Source: Patescibacteria group bacterium UBA926 | GTDB taxonomy: Bacteria; Patescibacteriota; Doudnabacteria; UBA920 | Direction: 5' to 3' | Length of the DNA stretch: 64,000 nucleotides | Assembly (NCBI GenBank): GCA_002293685.1 | Contig: DBDS01000002.1 | Location: 31,742 to 95,741, forward strand | Part shown: positions 19,801 to 28,498 of the stretch, in pieces | Layout of the letters: every line of letters begins with the position of its first letter | Numbering within the stretch: position 1 is the first letter of the stretch | Program-made: the position numbers and the translations under genes | The notes under the pieces: model-generated | Database searches by the model: none | Told to the model about the DNA's origin: nothing | Seen by the model: the letters and a program-made list of their open reading frames with translations, nothing else

Positions 19801-20270
19801 CCCGTAGCAACTGCCTTTTCTATTTCTTTAGCTTGCTCATCCCGAGTTTCTTTGACGACATCTTCTGCTGTTTGAATCACTTCAACTTTGATTGCTTCTA
19901 CATCAACAGGTTTTTCCTGTTCAACTTTAACTTCGTTCTTGAGAGCTTCCGCGTTCAGTATTGCTAATTCGGCGTCGAGCTCAATCAACTCCTTTTTAGT
20001 TCTAATCTCTACTTTTCGTGTATTCACGTTCTCTTGCATCAACTCCTGCTGAGAACGAAGTTCATCGGCTTTACTGCGGTTTTTCTCTGCCCGCTGATTA
20101 TTACGAACAATCTTCCAATGTGGTTGGACTTTTTCAGAATTGTTTCCACCTTTTTTGTTTTGGTTTCCAGAATTCTGCTTTTTATTTGTATTTTTTTTAT
20201 CGGCGTTTTTCGCCCTTATGGGAGCGGCGATCTCATCTGGATTTTCAGAGGATCGTTCTCGATTTGCCAT
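16836..20270 (-). CDS. Large hypothetical protein, coiled-coil plus Gly/Ala-rich hydrophobic helices
   Basis: 1144-aa uninterrupted ORF. Confidence 0.85.
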   Translation of the reverse strand: MANRERSSENPDEIAAPIRAKNADKKNTNKKQNSGNQNKKGGNNSEKVQPHWKIVRNNQRAEKNRSKADELRSQQELMQENVNTRKVEIRTKKELIELDAELAILNAEALKNEVKVEQEKPVDVEAIKVEVIQTAEDVVKETRDEQAKEIEKAVATGQIGVVQAEAIRSVLFDENTKQGFFGRLKDRVGDWSAKHPRLSSFLVGMGAGAAVRGAVKAGYVAAFGANLPFAIAAGATAGGLLEGGKALFRESKAYQSKEIMEKFNQADYLEKAALLTKLEELHKNQKFDASPEEYNQIKQTLDAARLNMQTELAKKDGKFANYSEKDKIEYLLGASQDIKNNYAKSDRGKEVQVLLNRIERNINYKRDFGNVFRNKKAIVGKAILRGAAYGALGSTVGAALVESADKLWNSGAVIQESTPIVETRANLSESYTNKLDHRGLTGGARDAIHTFIEEHKGVNANFASGVTIEQLVYAEDTLVKEALRQGIDVNSAEFTVSSGYVEEALEKAGVIGENAKLTEAGIKNIGELIQTKAHFLSEATKAKMLDFDPVAMEQFITETITESKAYEDVELTADDYAALAVVAAAVLASEAASRPGRENNTNENSTVIGGVALGGTPGNRGPENPPVTTPLASTPRTGDKPKGPDSPDAPVDFDWGKALSQDTETDGEEKEKAEPEKEKLSQAEAEFNQALIAAGINAEVHIDGNKKLEKQIDKIQYIVDEFIKSAKKLRTLNINTKIVLNMSSDKERTLVSDRDSVIVGIPVFSRVDWSDIESLVGRVIENEVAKKFLEFESKYDFKVKLSDQRVFDQLSPEDQYRALSRVKKAFDSIKPNELQRITKGLKAINIGETDFVERDEVTLQLIKLSKGGISYNALKPAEIIGLLRESHKERTAVLGPMNREEQFAKYPDLMTNDAFSKIPESKRVPAEEILLDIINRKFPDGLPSNVEIVLGDKYQTKPGELDLDLTKPDEAYLNRQLEEGLRRADPERLSKVSDAVKNRFSSMSVLRESKKPNDQVVAERFADVVIKQMGINLDHGSSKEVIDNDEVENKERLEKIQKQFRKKLPTTRIKHIESYFKRNKMKAEDFLESKDKLPNISKNITSENIIQYVVESSIDSIESLMSGSDDDKKKARELLTKVENFIKK

Positions 20271-20333
20271 GTTTTTGTTTCAGTTTAAAGAAATTTTCTT
20301 AATAATATTATACCATAAATTGGTTTGTAAATA

Positions 20334-20365
20334 AAAAAGAGGGTCGAGATTATTAATCTCGACCC
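20334..20365 (-). terminator. Intrinsic terminator of the 20393-21043 gene
   Basis: gggtcgagatt/aatctcgaccc stem with an A run on the plus strand. Confidence 0.75.
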
Positions 20366-20392
20366 AACAAACTGCTTGAAGGTGCAGTAAAC

Positions 20393-21043
20393 CTAGTTAC
20401 GATCTCGAATTCGAGGTGTTAGCTCTATATCGATCGGAGTGACCGACACGTTGAGAGGCACATTGATCGACGGCGGCGCTGGCGGAACAACTGGCGCGGG
20501 TGCAACATGTGCCGGAGCCGGATACGCTGGTGGTGGAATAACCAAATACCCATTCGGGTAGTGTGGTGGAGCATGATGCCCAACGCCATTTCCGTTACCT
20601 ACGCCGCCATTTCGAGGGAAAAAATATCCCCCGATTATTGCAGCGACCAGCAATGCTCCTGCTAAGAAGAGCAGAAACCACCCGGCTGGTGAGAGAGTCC
20701 ACCAACTTTCGATAGCAGACACTCTGTTCTCCACGTGGTCAATACGGCCATTAGTATCGGCGAAAGCAGCGTTCACGTCCGCCGTATTCGCCTTGTTTGC
20801 CATCTGGCTTTTCAGGGTCGACGCGAGACCTTCGACCGAGTCCAAGCGCTTACGCGCTTCAACGTCGGTGCCGTTCATGTAGTATCTCTTCACCACAGTG
20901 GTCCGCTTAACTACCGGCTGAACTATTCGCGGCCGTTCTTGTTGGCAACCAACGTAGCAGCCGTCGGTTCCTGCAAAAGCAGTTTGCGACAGAGCGAAAA
21001 AAGAAACGACCATTACAACTATTACCGCAATATTCTTAAACAT
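20393..21043 (-). CDS. Secreted/membrane orphan: signal peptide, coiled coil, TM, Pro-rich tail
   Basis: GGAGG SD; AFA-type signal cleavage; heptad region; TM; PPAYPAPAH tail. Confidence 0.8.
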   Translation of the reverse strand: MFKNIAVIVVMVVSFFALSQTAFAGTDGCYVGCQQERPRIVQPVVKRTTVVKRYYMNGTDVEARKRLDSVEGLASTLKSQMANKANTADVNAAFADTNGRIDHVENRVSAIESWWTLSPAGWFLLFLAGALLVAAIIGGYFFPRNGGVGNGNGVGHHAPPHYPNGYLVIPPPAYPAPAHVAPAPVVPPAPPSINVPLNVSVTPIDIELTPRIRDRN

Positions 21044-21216
21044 ATTATCTTTCCTCCAAGAAGTTGTATTGTTTTAAATTCCGAGGTCATCACTGACCGC
21101 CATAATACCACCCATAAACACAGGGCAGCGCCACAACGGTCAGCTTGTGCATGACCTGTAGAAACCCACATTTACGGGCTTTTACAGGAAATTCACCATA
21201 TTTAATTTGACCTCGT

Positions 21217-21245
21217 AGTATACACTATTTTTGGTATTTTGTCAA
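21217..21245 (-). promoter_or_regulatory. sigma70-like promoter
   Basis: TTGACA-17bp-TATACT. Confidence 0.7.
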
Positions 21246-21316
21246 GGCCTGTCACAAATCCGGGCAAAAGAAAAAGGACCACTTTCGCAGTCCTGTTTTG
21301 TAACCCTTTGAAGCCT

Positions 21317-21865
21317 TTACGACTTCTCTGGGTTAATATGTAGGTTTATGACACCGCTTTCACGCTTGTCACGTGCCGACACAGACGAATATTCATCGTC
21401 ATCATCTCTGATGCCCAAAGGGTCACCGAGTTTAGAAGCATCAAACTCACCTTTATGTGAATCAGGTGCTTCTTCCTTTTCCGGCTCATCCCTGATCTCC
21501 CAATAAGCCTTCCCAAGTAGATACCCGCCTGGCAAGCCAATCATTCCTAGCAGGATAATGACGGCATACCACTGCTGTGACATTAACGGCATTGGCGTAT
21601 TCCACAAGCTGTAGCCGACCATAATACTCACCGAAATGAGAGCCGCCACGACCATGAGATACCATGCTACCTGAGCGAACCACAACAGGGACCGAGCCGA
21701 ATGATAGATCGCAGCCAGGGAAAGCAGTAACGCAGTCCCAACTGTACTGCTCAATAGGATGAAGTCCATCCTACGCCGGGTTGGCATATCCAAAAGGTAC
21801 ACCATCACCAGCATAAATGCTGCCACCCCAATGAAAAACACCATCGCATTTTTTAGGTTATACAT
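21317..21865 (-). CDS. Four-TM orphan membrane protein with acidic tail
   Basis: GGAGG 8 nt before ATG 21865; the track start (21946) falls in the -35 box. Confidence 0.75.
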   Translation of the reverse strand: MYNLKNAMVFFIGVAAFMLVMVYLLDMPTRRRMDFILLSSTVGTALLLSLAAIYHSARSLLWFAQVAWYLMVVAALISVSIMVGYSLWNTPMPLMSQQWYAVIILLGMIGLPGGYLLGKAYWEIRDEPEKEEAPDSHKGEFDASKLGDPLGIRDDDDEYSSVSARDKRESGVINLHINPEKS

Positions 21866-21917
21866 AAACATTTCCTCCAAGAAATTTGATTTAAATAGTC
21901 GAAAAACTATTTGCGTA

Positions 21918-21946
21918 ATAATACCACAAATAGTTCTTTTTGTCAA
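21918..21946 (-). promoter_or_regulatory. sigma70-like promoter
   Basis: TTGACA-17bp-TATTAT. Confidence 0.65.
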
Positions 21947-21962
21947 TCAGGTTTTCGCTAGA

Positions 21963-24521
21963 CTACACCGACTTTTCAATACCACCAGGTCCTGCCGCCA
22001 TCATATCGGCAATCTGACTGGCTTCTAATATTTCTGCTTCGACTTCATTTCGAGGCCTACCAAATTTCAAACGAGATAACTGCCTAATAGCTTCGGCTGT
22101 TTGTCTCTGTTCAGCAGTTGCTTTGGGAAGTGGATAAGTTGCCATGTTAAACGGCTTGCTTGCTGTACCGTTAATCATTAATTTAACAAAAGCGTTGTAA
22201 CGGTCTACGTTAAGCAGATCGAACTCATTGAAAGTTGGCGCAAATTCTTTCGCCATAATTTCTGCATCTTCCACACCGATACGGAAACTGACCATACTTC
22301 CCGCATTTCCAAACACGGCGTCACGCAAATCACTACTCGCCGCACCGTGCGCACCCGCACCTTGTTGCAACTGTGCCAAAAATTGATGAGCGATAATTAA
22401 ATTAAGTTTGTATTTTCGCGCCTCGCTTAATATTGAAGAAAAAGCGTCCGTAATAAAGTTTTGAAATTCATCAACATACAAATAAAAGTCGCGGCGCTCG
22501 TCTTCAGGTTGATCGGCACGGCTTAACGCTGCCATCTGAATTTTAGACACAATAATCAAACCAAGTAGCTTAGCATTCATCTCCCCTACTTTACCTTTCG
22601 CTAAGTTCACAAGCAAGATTTTCCCACTGTCCATAACTTCTCTAAAATTGAAAGAACTCTTCGATTGACCGACAATATTTCTCATCATACTGTTCTCAAC
22701 GAAACGTCCAACTTTAGAAACCAAATAGCCAAGCATTTCAGATTTATGAAAATCAGAAGTCTTCGCCATTTCTTTTTCCCAGAATGCTTTAACAACAGGA
22801 TCATTAAGTTTTGAAACTTTGTACTTTTGAAATTCTGTGTCGGTGAAGATGCGAGGAATTTCTACTAAAGTTCCTGGATGTTGTTCATCTGCCATTAAAG
22901 TAAGCATGGCGTTGCGCATATTATGTTCGAACATTGGCCCGAGCATAGCCGGATCTGTCACTAACTTATAAAAGATAGAGATCATTTCTTGCACAGCGAA
23001 ATCTTTGTGCGAATCATGCGTAACTTCGAGCATATTCAAACCCATCGGACGTTCAGTGTCGAATGGATCGAACAAAATTACATCTTCCGCGCGGCTTTTT
23101 GGCACATGAGGAAGAACGTCTTCAATGAAGTCACCATGAGGATCGATAATACAAAGACCTTCTCCGTTCGCAATATCTTGCACGGCCATGTACTTCATCA
23201 CTTCAGTTTTACCTACACCAGTGCGTCCCAAAATATACATGTGGCGTCGCCTATCTTCGCGCGCCATATGCACTTTCGTTTCGATACCCCGATAAATATT
23301 TCTACCCAAAAGCAACCCTTCGGGAGCTAGATTAATTGGCGGAGGTGCTTTTTTCGATAATAGCCATTTGATGTTCGGCGTTTCGAGCAGCGGAGTTGGC
23401 AAGTGCCATAAACTAGTTAATTCTTCGGTGTTCAAAATCATCTTGCGACCATAACGTCTGTAAATTCTGAAGATATAGTCTTTGATAATTCGCTTTTTAT
23501 TGCGCTTCTTTATTCGGAAACCGTTAAAAGGCGGCATGTTATATTCCAAAAATGAAGAAGTTAAATTATGTAAATGGGCTTTCGCTGTGCCTGGTGTCTC
23601 GGAAGCTGTGATGATTCTAATATTAGTGAAGAATCCAGGACGACTAGCTTTTTCTTCAAAACGCTTCACCATTTCTTGCTGCATCGGGGTTAAATTAATC
23701 GCCGAGTAACGACCAGACAAATCATTGCGTTGCTGCATCTGTTCTTGAGAAGGCTTCATTCCTCCTACTACGCTGTCTTTTAAACCACCCCCGACTTCCT
23801 TAACAAACCGACCTGTTGCAGACTTCGCGACAATGTTTGGATTTTTTCCTTGTTGAATTTCCAACGCCATATGACGCGGCTTCATTTGCCAATGAACTCC
23901 TGCGGGGTATAAAATAACTTGAATTGCAGCGCCGTCTGTTTCGGACAATTTAGACATCGCGTTAGTAAGTGCATTCAAGGGATCGGTCTCCATATTCTTG
24001 TAAGTGCGGAATGGAAACATGTAGGGCTTGTTCAGTTGAAGCTCTACTGCTTCCATCTCGCCTTTTTTTGGAAATGGATTATAACCTTTGACTACTTCGA
24101 TAAACGCGTGCGGATATTGCGCTTGTATTTGCTTCTCAATTAAATCCTGAAGATGCTTGGGGCAATTGATATAAAAAGAAATTTTCTTGTTTGTGCAGGC
24201 GATTTCAAAACTAATATAATCCTTGGGCTGCCAAAACCAATTTTCGTGACTGATTCCCGACAAAGTTGTGTATAGTTGTTCACCCACGCCAATCATCTGC
24301 TTCTTTTCCTCATCCCTCATATCCCGAGAATTATCTTCACTATTTTCTTTTGGCATTTGAATTTCCAAAATTACCCAGTTCTTAGTGCGAGGTAAAATAA
24401 CCTTGCTGTAGTACCAGTGCCTGTGCGCGTAATAAGCTAGCAACGAAAAAAACACTACAAGTAGCACAATCAAAAGTAGTGTTGCGATAACTATCGTACT
24501 AATGTCTAATCCAAAAGGCAT
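21963..24521 (-). CDS. TraD/TrwB/VirD4-like (DUF87/HerA clade) membrane-anchored ATPase
   Basis: Walker A GRTGVGKT, IIDPHGD, Walker B LYVDEFQ, SEARKY, AHQ; N-terminal TM. Confidence 0.9.
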   Translation of the reverse strand: MPFGLDISTIVIATLLLIVLLVVFFSLLAYYAHRHWYYSKVILPRTKNWVILEIQMPKENSEDNSRDMRDEEKKQMIGVGEQLYTTLSGISHENWFWQPKDYISFEIACTNKKISFYINCPKHLQDLIEKQIQAQYPHAFIEVVKGYNPFPKKGEMEAVELQLNKPYMFPFRTYKNMETDPLNALTNAMSKLSETDGAAIQVILYPAGVHWQMKPRHMALEIQQGKNPNIVAKSATGRFVKEVGGGLKDSVVGGMKPSQEQMQQRNDLSGRYSAINLTPMQQEMVKRFEEKASRPGFFTNIRIITASETPGTAKAHLHNLTSSFLEYNMPPFNGFRIKKRNKKRIIKDYIFRIYRRYGRKMILNTEELTSLWHLPTPLLETPNIKWLLSKKAPPPINLAPEGLLLGRNIYRGIETKVHMAREDRRRHMYILGRTGVGKTEVMKYMAVQDIANGEGLCIIDPHGDFIEDVLPHVPKSRAEDVILFDPFDTERPMGLNMLEVTHDSHKDFAVQEMISIFYKLVTDPAMLGPMFEHNMRNAMLTLMADEQHPGTLVEIPRIFTDTEFQKYKVSKLNDPVVKAFWEKEMAKTSDFHKSEMLGYLVSKVGRFVENSMMRNIVGQSKSSFNFREVMDSGKILLVNLAKGKVGEMNAKLLGLIIVSKIQMAALSRADQPEDERRDFYLYVDEFQNFITDAFSSILSEARKYKLNLIIAHQFLAQLQQGAGAHGAASSDLRDAVFGNAGSMVSFRIGVEDAEIMAKEFAPTFNEFDLLNVDRYNAFVKLMINGTASKPFNMATYPLPKATAEQRQTAEAIRQLSRLKFGRPRNEVEAEILEASQIADMMAAGPGGIEKSV

Positions 24522-24557
24522 TTTTTGTTGGTTTTGTTTTTGTTAAAAAATCGAGGT

Positions 24558-24941
24558 CTATAGCATGCCATTTAGGCGGTCTCGCGCTTCTTGTTCGGTT
24601 GGTTTCTCTTCAATTAAATTTGCTAAGTCCATGAGCTCACTGGCATCAGCAGCTGATTCTAATTCACTGGATGAAGCATAAACTTTTTCTCGTGCTAGTT
24701 CATGATGGCGGTCATTCAAAGTATGAGGCTCAATTCCTTCAAATTCATGTGATACAGGAGGTTGTTCTGAAGACTCCACTGATATTTCATCATCAGATTC
24801 TTCTTGAGCTGCAGTTTGAGTTTCTGGTGATTGTGTTTCTATATTATCCGCACCCACGACTTCTTGTGTAGGAATAACTTCAGGAGTATCGGGAATTTGG
24901 TCTGGGGAAAATTCTATTTTTGGCTTTATTTCTTCATTCAT
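24558..24941 (-). CDS. Acidic, probably disordered hypothetical protein
   Basis: 127-aa E/D-rich ORF upstream of the ATPase. Confidence 0.7.
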   Translation of the reverse strand: MNEEIKPKIEFSPDQIPDTPEVIPTQEVVGADNIETQSPETQTAAQEESDDEISVESSEQPPVSHEFEGIEPHTLNDRHHELAREKVYASSSELESAADASELMDLANLIEEKPTEQEARDRLNGML

Positions 24942-25023
24942 ACTGAACTAATTATACCACAAAACGCTTTATAGTGCATAAACATTCCGTTATATATTGC
25001 GGGCTCTGTCGTCCCCGTTTACC

Positions 25024-25132
25024 ATAGGTTCAGGTTTGCACACTCGAGCTGTTGAACTACGCCCTCCTAAATTTCTACGAAATTTTGGCGGGCTGGGTTG
25101 CAAAGGCTCTCGTTTAGCAAACCTGAACCTAT
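25024..25132. repeat. Family D palindromic element
   Basis: 16-bp TIR ataggttcaggtttgc/gcaaacctgaacctat; core TCGAGC..CTACGC-hairpin-GCTGGG..CTCTC shared with 48922-49037. Confidence 0.75.
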
Positions 25133-25200
25133 TAACCACCCATCATTCAGCGGGTTGTACGCTGAAACAAAAACCCGCACAAAGCGGGGTTGTAAAATAA

Positions 25201-25323
25201 AAGAAGTCAGATTTTTAGGCTAGTCCGCGAAGGAATCTGCGGCTACTTCGAGCCGTAGTGAAAGCTACGGTGAGAAGTAACGCAAAGATTCCGACAAAGG
25301 AATAGTCAAAAATCTGACTTCTT
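25201..25323 (+). repeat. Family B structured element
   Basis: 16-bp TIR aagaagtcagattttt; core GAGCCGTAG-loop-CTACGGTGAG; 3 nt after the secY stop. Confidence 0.85.
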
Positions 25324-25326
25324 CAC

Positions 25327-26604
25327 CTACTTCTGATAGTCGTGCATTGTGAGCTGTGCCTCTACTTGTTTGATACTTTCAATAACAACAGCAACAACAA
25401 TCAACAATCCAGCACCACCGAAAGTCATAGCCTGAGTTCCTGTCCAAGACTGAACAATAAACGGTAATACAGCAATTAGACCTAAGAACAAAGAGCCTGG
25501 TAAAGTAATGCGGTTCAATACTTTGTATAAGTAATCGGCAGTCATTCGACCTGGACGGATACCAGGAACAAAACCACCGCTGCGTTGCATGTTTTCAGAT
25601 ACTTCATCAGGGTTGATAACAATATTTGTGTAGAAGAAAGTAAACATTACAACCAGTACGAAGTAAGCTACACCGTACCAAATTCCTTGGTTATTGGTAA
25701 ATTCAATTGCTTTCTGAGCCCATTCAGCAACCAAAGGAGTTTTTGCATTTACAAAGAACTGCGCAATTATGGCTGGGAATAACAATAAGGAAATTGCAAA
25801 AATAATTGGAATTACACCGGCTTGGTTCAGGCGAAGTGGTAAATGTGAACTAACTCCGCCAACCTGCCTGTCCCCTTGCATACGCTTAGCATAAGTTACC
25901 GGAACATTACGCTGAGCTTCCGTCACCAGAACAACTCCGATAATTACCAATAATCCAGCAATCGCGAAACCAATCAAAGTTGGTAGCTGACTCGGATCAT
26001 ACAATTCAATGAATGAGCCGATTGAAGTTGGGATTTGAGCAACAATACCTGCGAAAATGACCAAGGAAATACCGTTACCAATTCCATATTCAGAAATAAT
26101 TTCACCAATCCACATAACAAGCATCGTACCTGCAGTCACAGCCAATAGAGTTAAGAACCATTGGAAAGGACTAAATACACCAAGCAATTCTGCACCACCC
26201 TGGCTTTGTAATAAGCGGATAGTTCCAAAACCAGATAGAATCGCTAAAGGAATAGTTAAGAAACGAGTATATTGGTTGATCTTCTGACGACCAGCTTCTC
26301 CATTCTCTTTCTGTAATTCTTTTAGAGCAGGAATAATCATTGTTAGCAACTGCATAATGATCGACGCGGTAATATAGGGACCGACACCAAGAAGTGCAAT
26401 TGAGAAGTTACTTAGACCACCACCAGAAAAGATGTTTAGTAAACTGAGGAACTGATTGCCTTCAAAGAAAGAGCGAAGCCCTTCGACACTGATTCCAGGA
26501 ATTGGGATATGAGCTAAAACACGAGTCATTAACAACAAAATCAAAACCATGAAGATTTTCTTCCGAAGGTCTTTAGTTTTCCAAATTAAGCTGAGTTTAT
26601 TCAT
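25327..26604 (-). CDS. secY: Preprotein translocase subunit SecY
   Basis: LGVGPYITASII, GIGNGISLVIF, GVIPIIFA, PGIRPG. Confidence 0.98.
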   Translation of the reverse strand: MNKLSLIWKTKDLRKKIFMVLILLLMTRVLAHIPIPGISVEGLRSFFEGNQFLSLLNIFSGGGLSNFSIALLGVGPYITASIIMQLLTMIIPALKELQKENGEAGRQKINQYTRFLTIPLAILSGFGTIRLLQSQGGAELLGVFSPFQWFLTLLAVTAGTMLVMWIGEIISEYGIGNGISLVIFAGIVAQIPTSIGSFIELYDPSQLPTLIGFAIAGLLVIIGVVLVTEAQRNVPVTYAKRMQGDRQVGGVSSHLPLRLNQAGVIPIIFAISLLLFPAIIAQFFVNAKTPLVAEWAQKAIEFTNNQGIWYGVAYFVLVVMFTFFYTNIVINPDEVSENMQRSGGFVPGIRPGRMTADYLYKVLNRITLPGSLFLGLIAVLPFIVQSWTGTQAMTFGGAGLLIVVAVVIESIKQVEAQLTMHDYQK

Positions 26605-26626
26605 ATATTGATATTATACACATAAA

Positions 26627-26731
26627 GTCATCCTGAGCGAAGTCCACCTAAATCTCGTAGAGATTTTGAACGGACGAAGCGAAGGATCTCATTTTGAGAT
26701 CCTTCATCCCGTAAGCGGGATTCAGGATGAC
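26627..26731. repeat. Family A palindromic element with inserted hairpins
   Basis: GTCATCCTGA...GAAGGATCT/AGATCCTTC...TCAGGATGAC. Confidence 0.85.
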
Positions 26732-26742
26732 ATTGTATTCAT

Positions 26743-27177
26743 TTATTTAACTGAACCGCCAGCCGCTTCAATAGCAGTTTTTGCGGTAGCTGAAGCTGGT
26801 ACTTTCACAACAAGTTTCTTTTTGAGTCCACCCTTAAGTAGTTTTACTCTACCAACAGTGTTGGCGATAATACCATGCTTTTTAAGAGTTGAGATTGTAA
26901 CTTCATCACCATCATTGAAAGCATTTAGCGCATCAAGTTTGATAGCTGTAGCATTTTCGTGAATGCTCTTGAAACCACGACTCTTTGGAACTTGGCGAAC
27001 TAATGGTTGACGACCACCTTCGAAAGCCGCTGGTGATTTGGAATGACCAGTACGAGACTTTTGTCCTTTTGCTCCACGAGTAGAATAGGTTCCATGACCA
27101 CTTCCAAGACCACGGCCGACAACTTTGCGTCGCTTTGTGGATTTCGGATGACGTTTTAAATCATGTAATTTAATCAT
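26743..27177 (-). CDS. rplO: 50S ribosomal protein uL15
   Basis: VGRGLGSG.G...RG.KGQKSR, FEGG.QP. Confidence 0.97.
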   Translation of the reverse strand: MIKLHDLKRHPKSTKRRKVVGRGLGSGHGTYSTRGAKGQKSRTGHSKSPAAFEGGRQPLVRQVPKSRGFKSIHENATAIKLDALNAFNDGDEVTISTLKKHGIIANTVGRVKLLKGGLKKKLVVKVPASATAKTAIEAAGGSVK

Positions 27178-27189
27178 ATATTTTATGTT

Positions 27190-27244
27190 GTCATCCTGAA
27201 CGCAGTGAAGGATCTTTTAGATTCTTCGCTTCGCTCAGAATGAC
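27190..27244. repeat. Family A palindromic element (canonical)
   Basis: gtcatcctgaacgcagtgaaggatct..agattcttcgcttcgctcagaatgac. Confidence 0.9.
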
Positions 27245-27250
27245 ATTCCT

Positions 27251-27751
27251 TTACTTGCGGCTTGCCATTATTTCTTCTTTACTGCGCATCACCTTAAATG
27301 CTTCGAACGCAGCACGAACATTGTTAGTCTTGTTGTTTGAACCAATCATTTTACTGATTACGTTCTTTACACCAGCAAGGTCTAAAACTGAACGAACCGC
27401 ACCACCGGCGATTACACCAGTACCCTGACGAGCAGGCATCATCAACAATTTACTAGACTTATATTTAATCTTAACTTCATGAGGAATAGTATCTTTTACC
27501 AAAGGAACTGTAATCATGTTTTTCTTCGCAGCATTTACTGCTTTGTTTACAGCTTCTGTTACGTCCATACCTTTGCGAAGACCAATACCGATTTTACCTT
27601 TGTGATCGCCAATTACAACTAAAGCACGGAAACGCATACGCTTACCGCCACCTGTAACACGAGTTACACGTTTAATCTCAACCACTTTCTGGTCAAATTC
27701 ACGAGGTTGTTGAGGGCCACGATTATTCGGTTTTTTAGATTTCTTATCCAT
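27251..27751 (-). CDS. rpsE: 30S ribosomal protein uS5
   Basis: RVTRVTGGGKRMRFRALVVIGD, GTGVIAGG. Confidence 0.98.
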   Translation of the reverse strand: MDKKSKKPNNRGPQQPREFDQKVVEIKRVTRVTGGGKRMRFRALVVIGDHKGKIGIGLRKGMDVTEAVNKAVNAAKKNMITVPLVKDTIPHEVKIKYKSSKLLMMPARQGTGVIAGGAVRSVLDLAGVKNVISKMIGSNNKTNNVRAAFEAFKVMRSKEEIMASRK

Positions 27752-27769
27752 AATTATCTATTAAATATT

Positions 27770-27945
27770 AAACTTTCTCGTTTGTTCAAGCACGAGGCAT
27801 TTTCCGAGGAACTTTGGAACCGTAGTCTACCTACGGTGACAAAGTTCCGAGGAAAATAACAAAGTGATTGGACAAACCCGAAGGGTGAAGTTTGGTTGAA
27901 AGTCTGAATTTACTTCAAACTGAGACCAAACGAACGAGGGAGTTT
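27770..27945 (+). repeat. Family B structured element (long form)
   Basis: TIR aaactttctcg/cgagggagttt, core CCGTAG..CTACGGTGA, module gaaagtctgaatttacttca. Confidence 0.85.
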
Positions 27946-27949
27946 CATC

Positions 27950-28306
27950 TTAAAATTGAAGTCCAGCTTCGCGAGCCGCTTCAGCTAATGCTTTAACACG
28001 ACCATGATATCGATAACCACCGCGGTCAAACACGACAGCTTTTACTCCAGCAGCTTGTGCCTTAGTCGCGATTTCCTTACCGACACTTTGAGCTTGAGCA
28101 GTTTTATCGCCAGTAGCTTTCAAGTCTTTAGTAGAAGCTGCTACCAAAGTTTTACCGGCCACATCATCGATTAACTGAACAACCATATGAGCATTAGAAC
28201 GGAACACGCTTAAACGAGGACGTTCTTGAGTGCCACTGATGACACTGCGAACACGACCCTTGCGGAGTTTATGCTTTAATTGTTTATGCTTCTGTAAATT
28301 AGTCAT
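27950..28306 (-). CDS. rplR: 50S ribosomal protein uL18
   Basis: [21 protein letters not shown]. Confidence 0.98.
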   Translation of the reverse strand: MTNLQKHKQLKHKLRKGRVRSVISGTQERPRLSVFRSNAHMVVQLIDDVAGKTLVAASTKDLKATGDKTAQAQSVGKEIATKAQAAGVKAVVFDRGGYRYHGRVKALAEAAREAGLQF

Positions 28307-28328
28307 ATATTATCACATATTAGATTAT

Positions 28329-28495
28329 CGCAATTTTCATGGTTGAGGCGAATTCGCGAAGCCGGCGAGTACCGAGCGAGTCGTAGTAGAACTACGGTGA
28401 GCAAGGAACGGAGCCGGCGACAAAGAAGTCGCTCAAAGCCACTTTGCAAGTCCGGACTTGCTCCGGGCTAAAAAGTGGCGGCCATGGAAATTGCG
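28329..28495 (+). repeat. Family B structured element
   Basis: TIR cgcaattttcatgg/ccatggaaattgcg, core GAGTCGTAG..CTACGGTGAG. Confidence 0.85.
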
Positions 28496-28498
28496 GCC

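Noticed and set aside
21963-24521. Conjugative element or ICE based on the TraD-like ATPase
   Set aside because: No relaxase, integrase, VirB4 or att boundaries in the window; such solitary ATPases are common chromosomal genes in CPR.
27178-27250. Missing rpmD (uL30) as a novelty
   Set aside because: Loss of uL30 is an established CPR trait; used only as a taxonomic clue.
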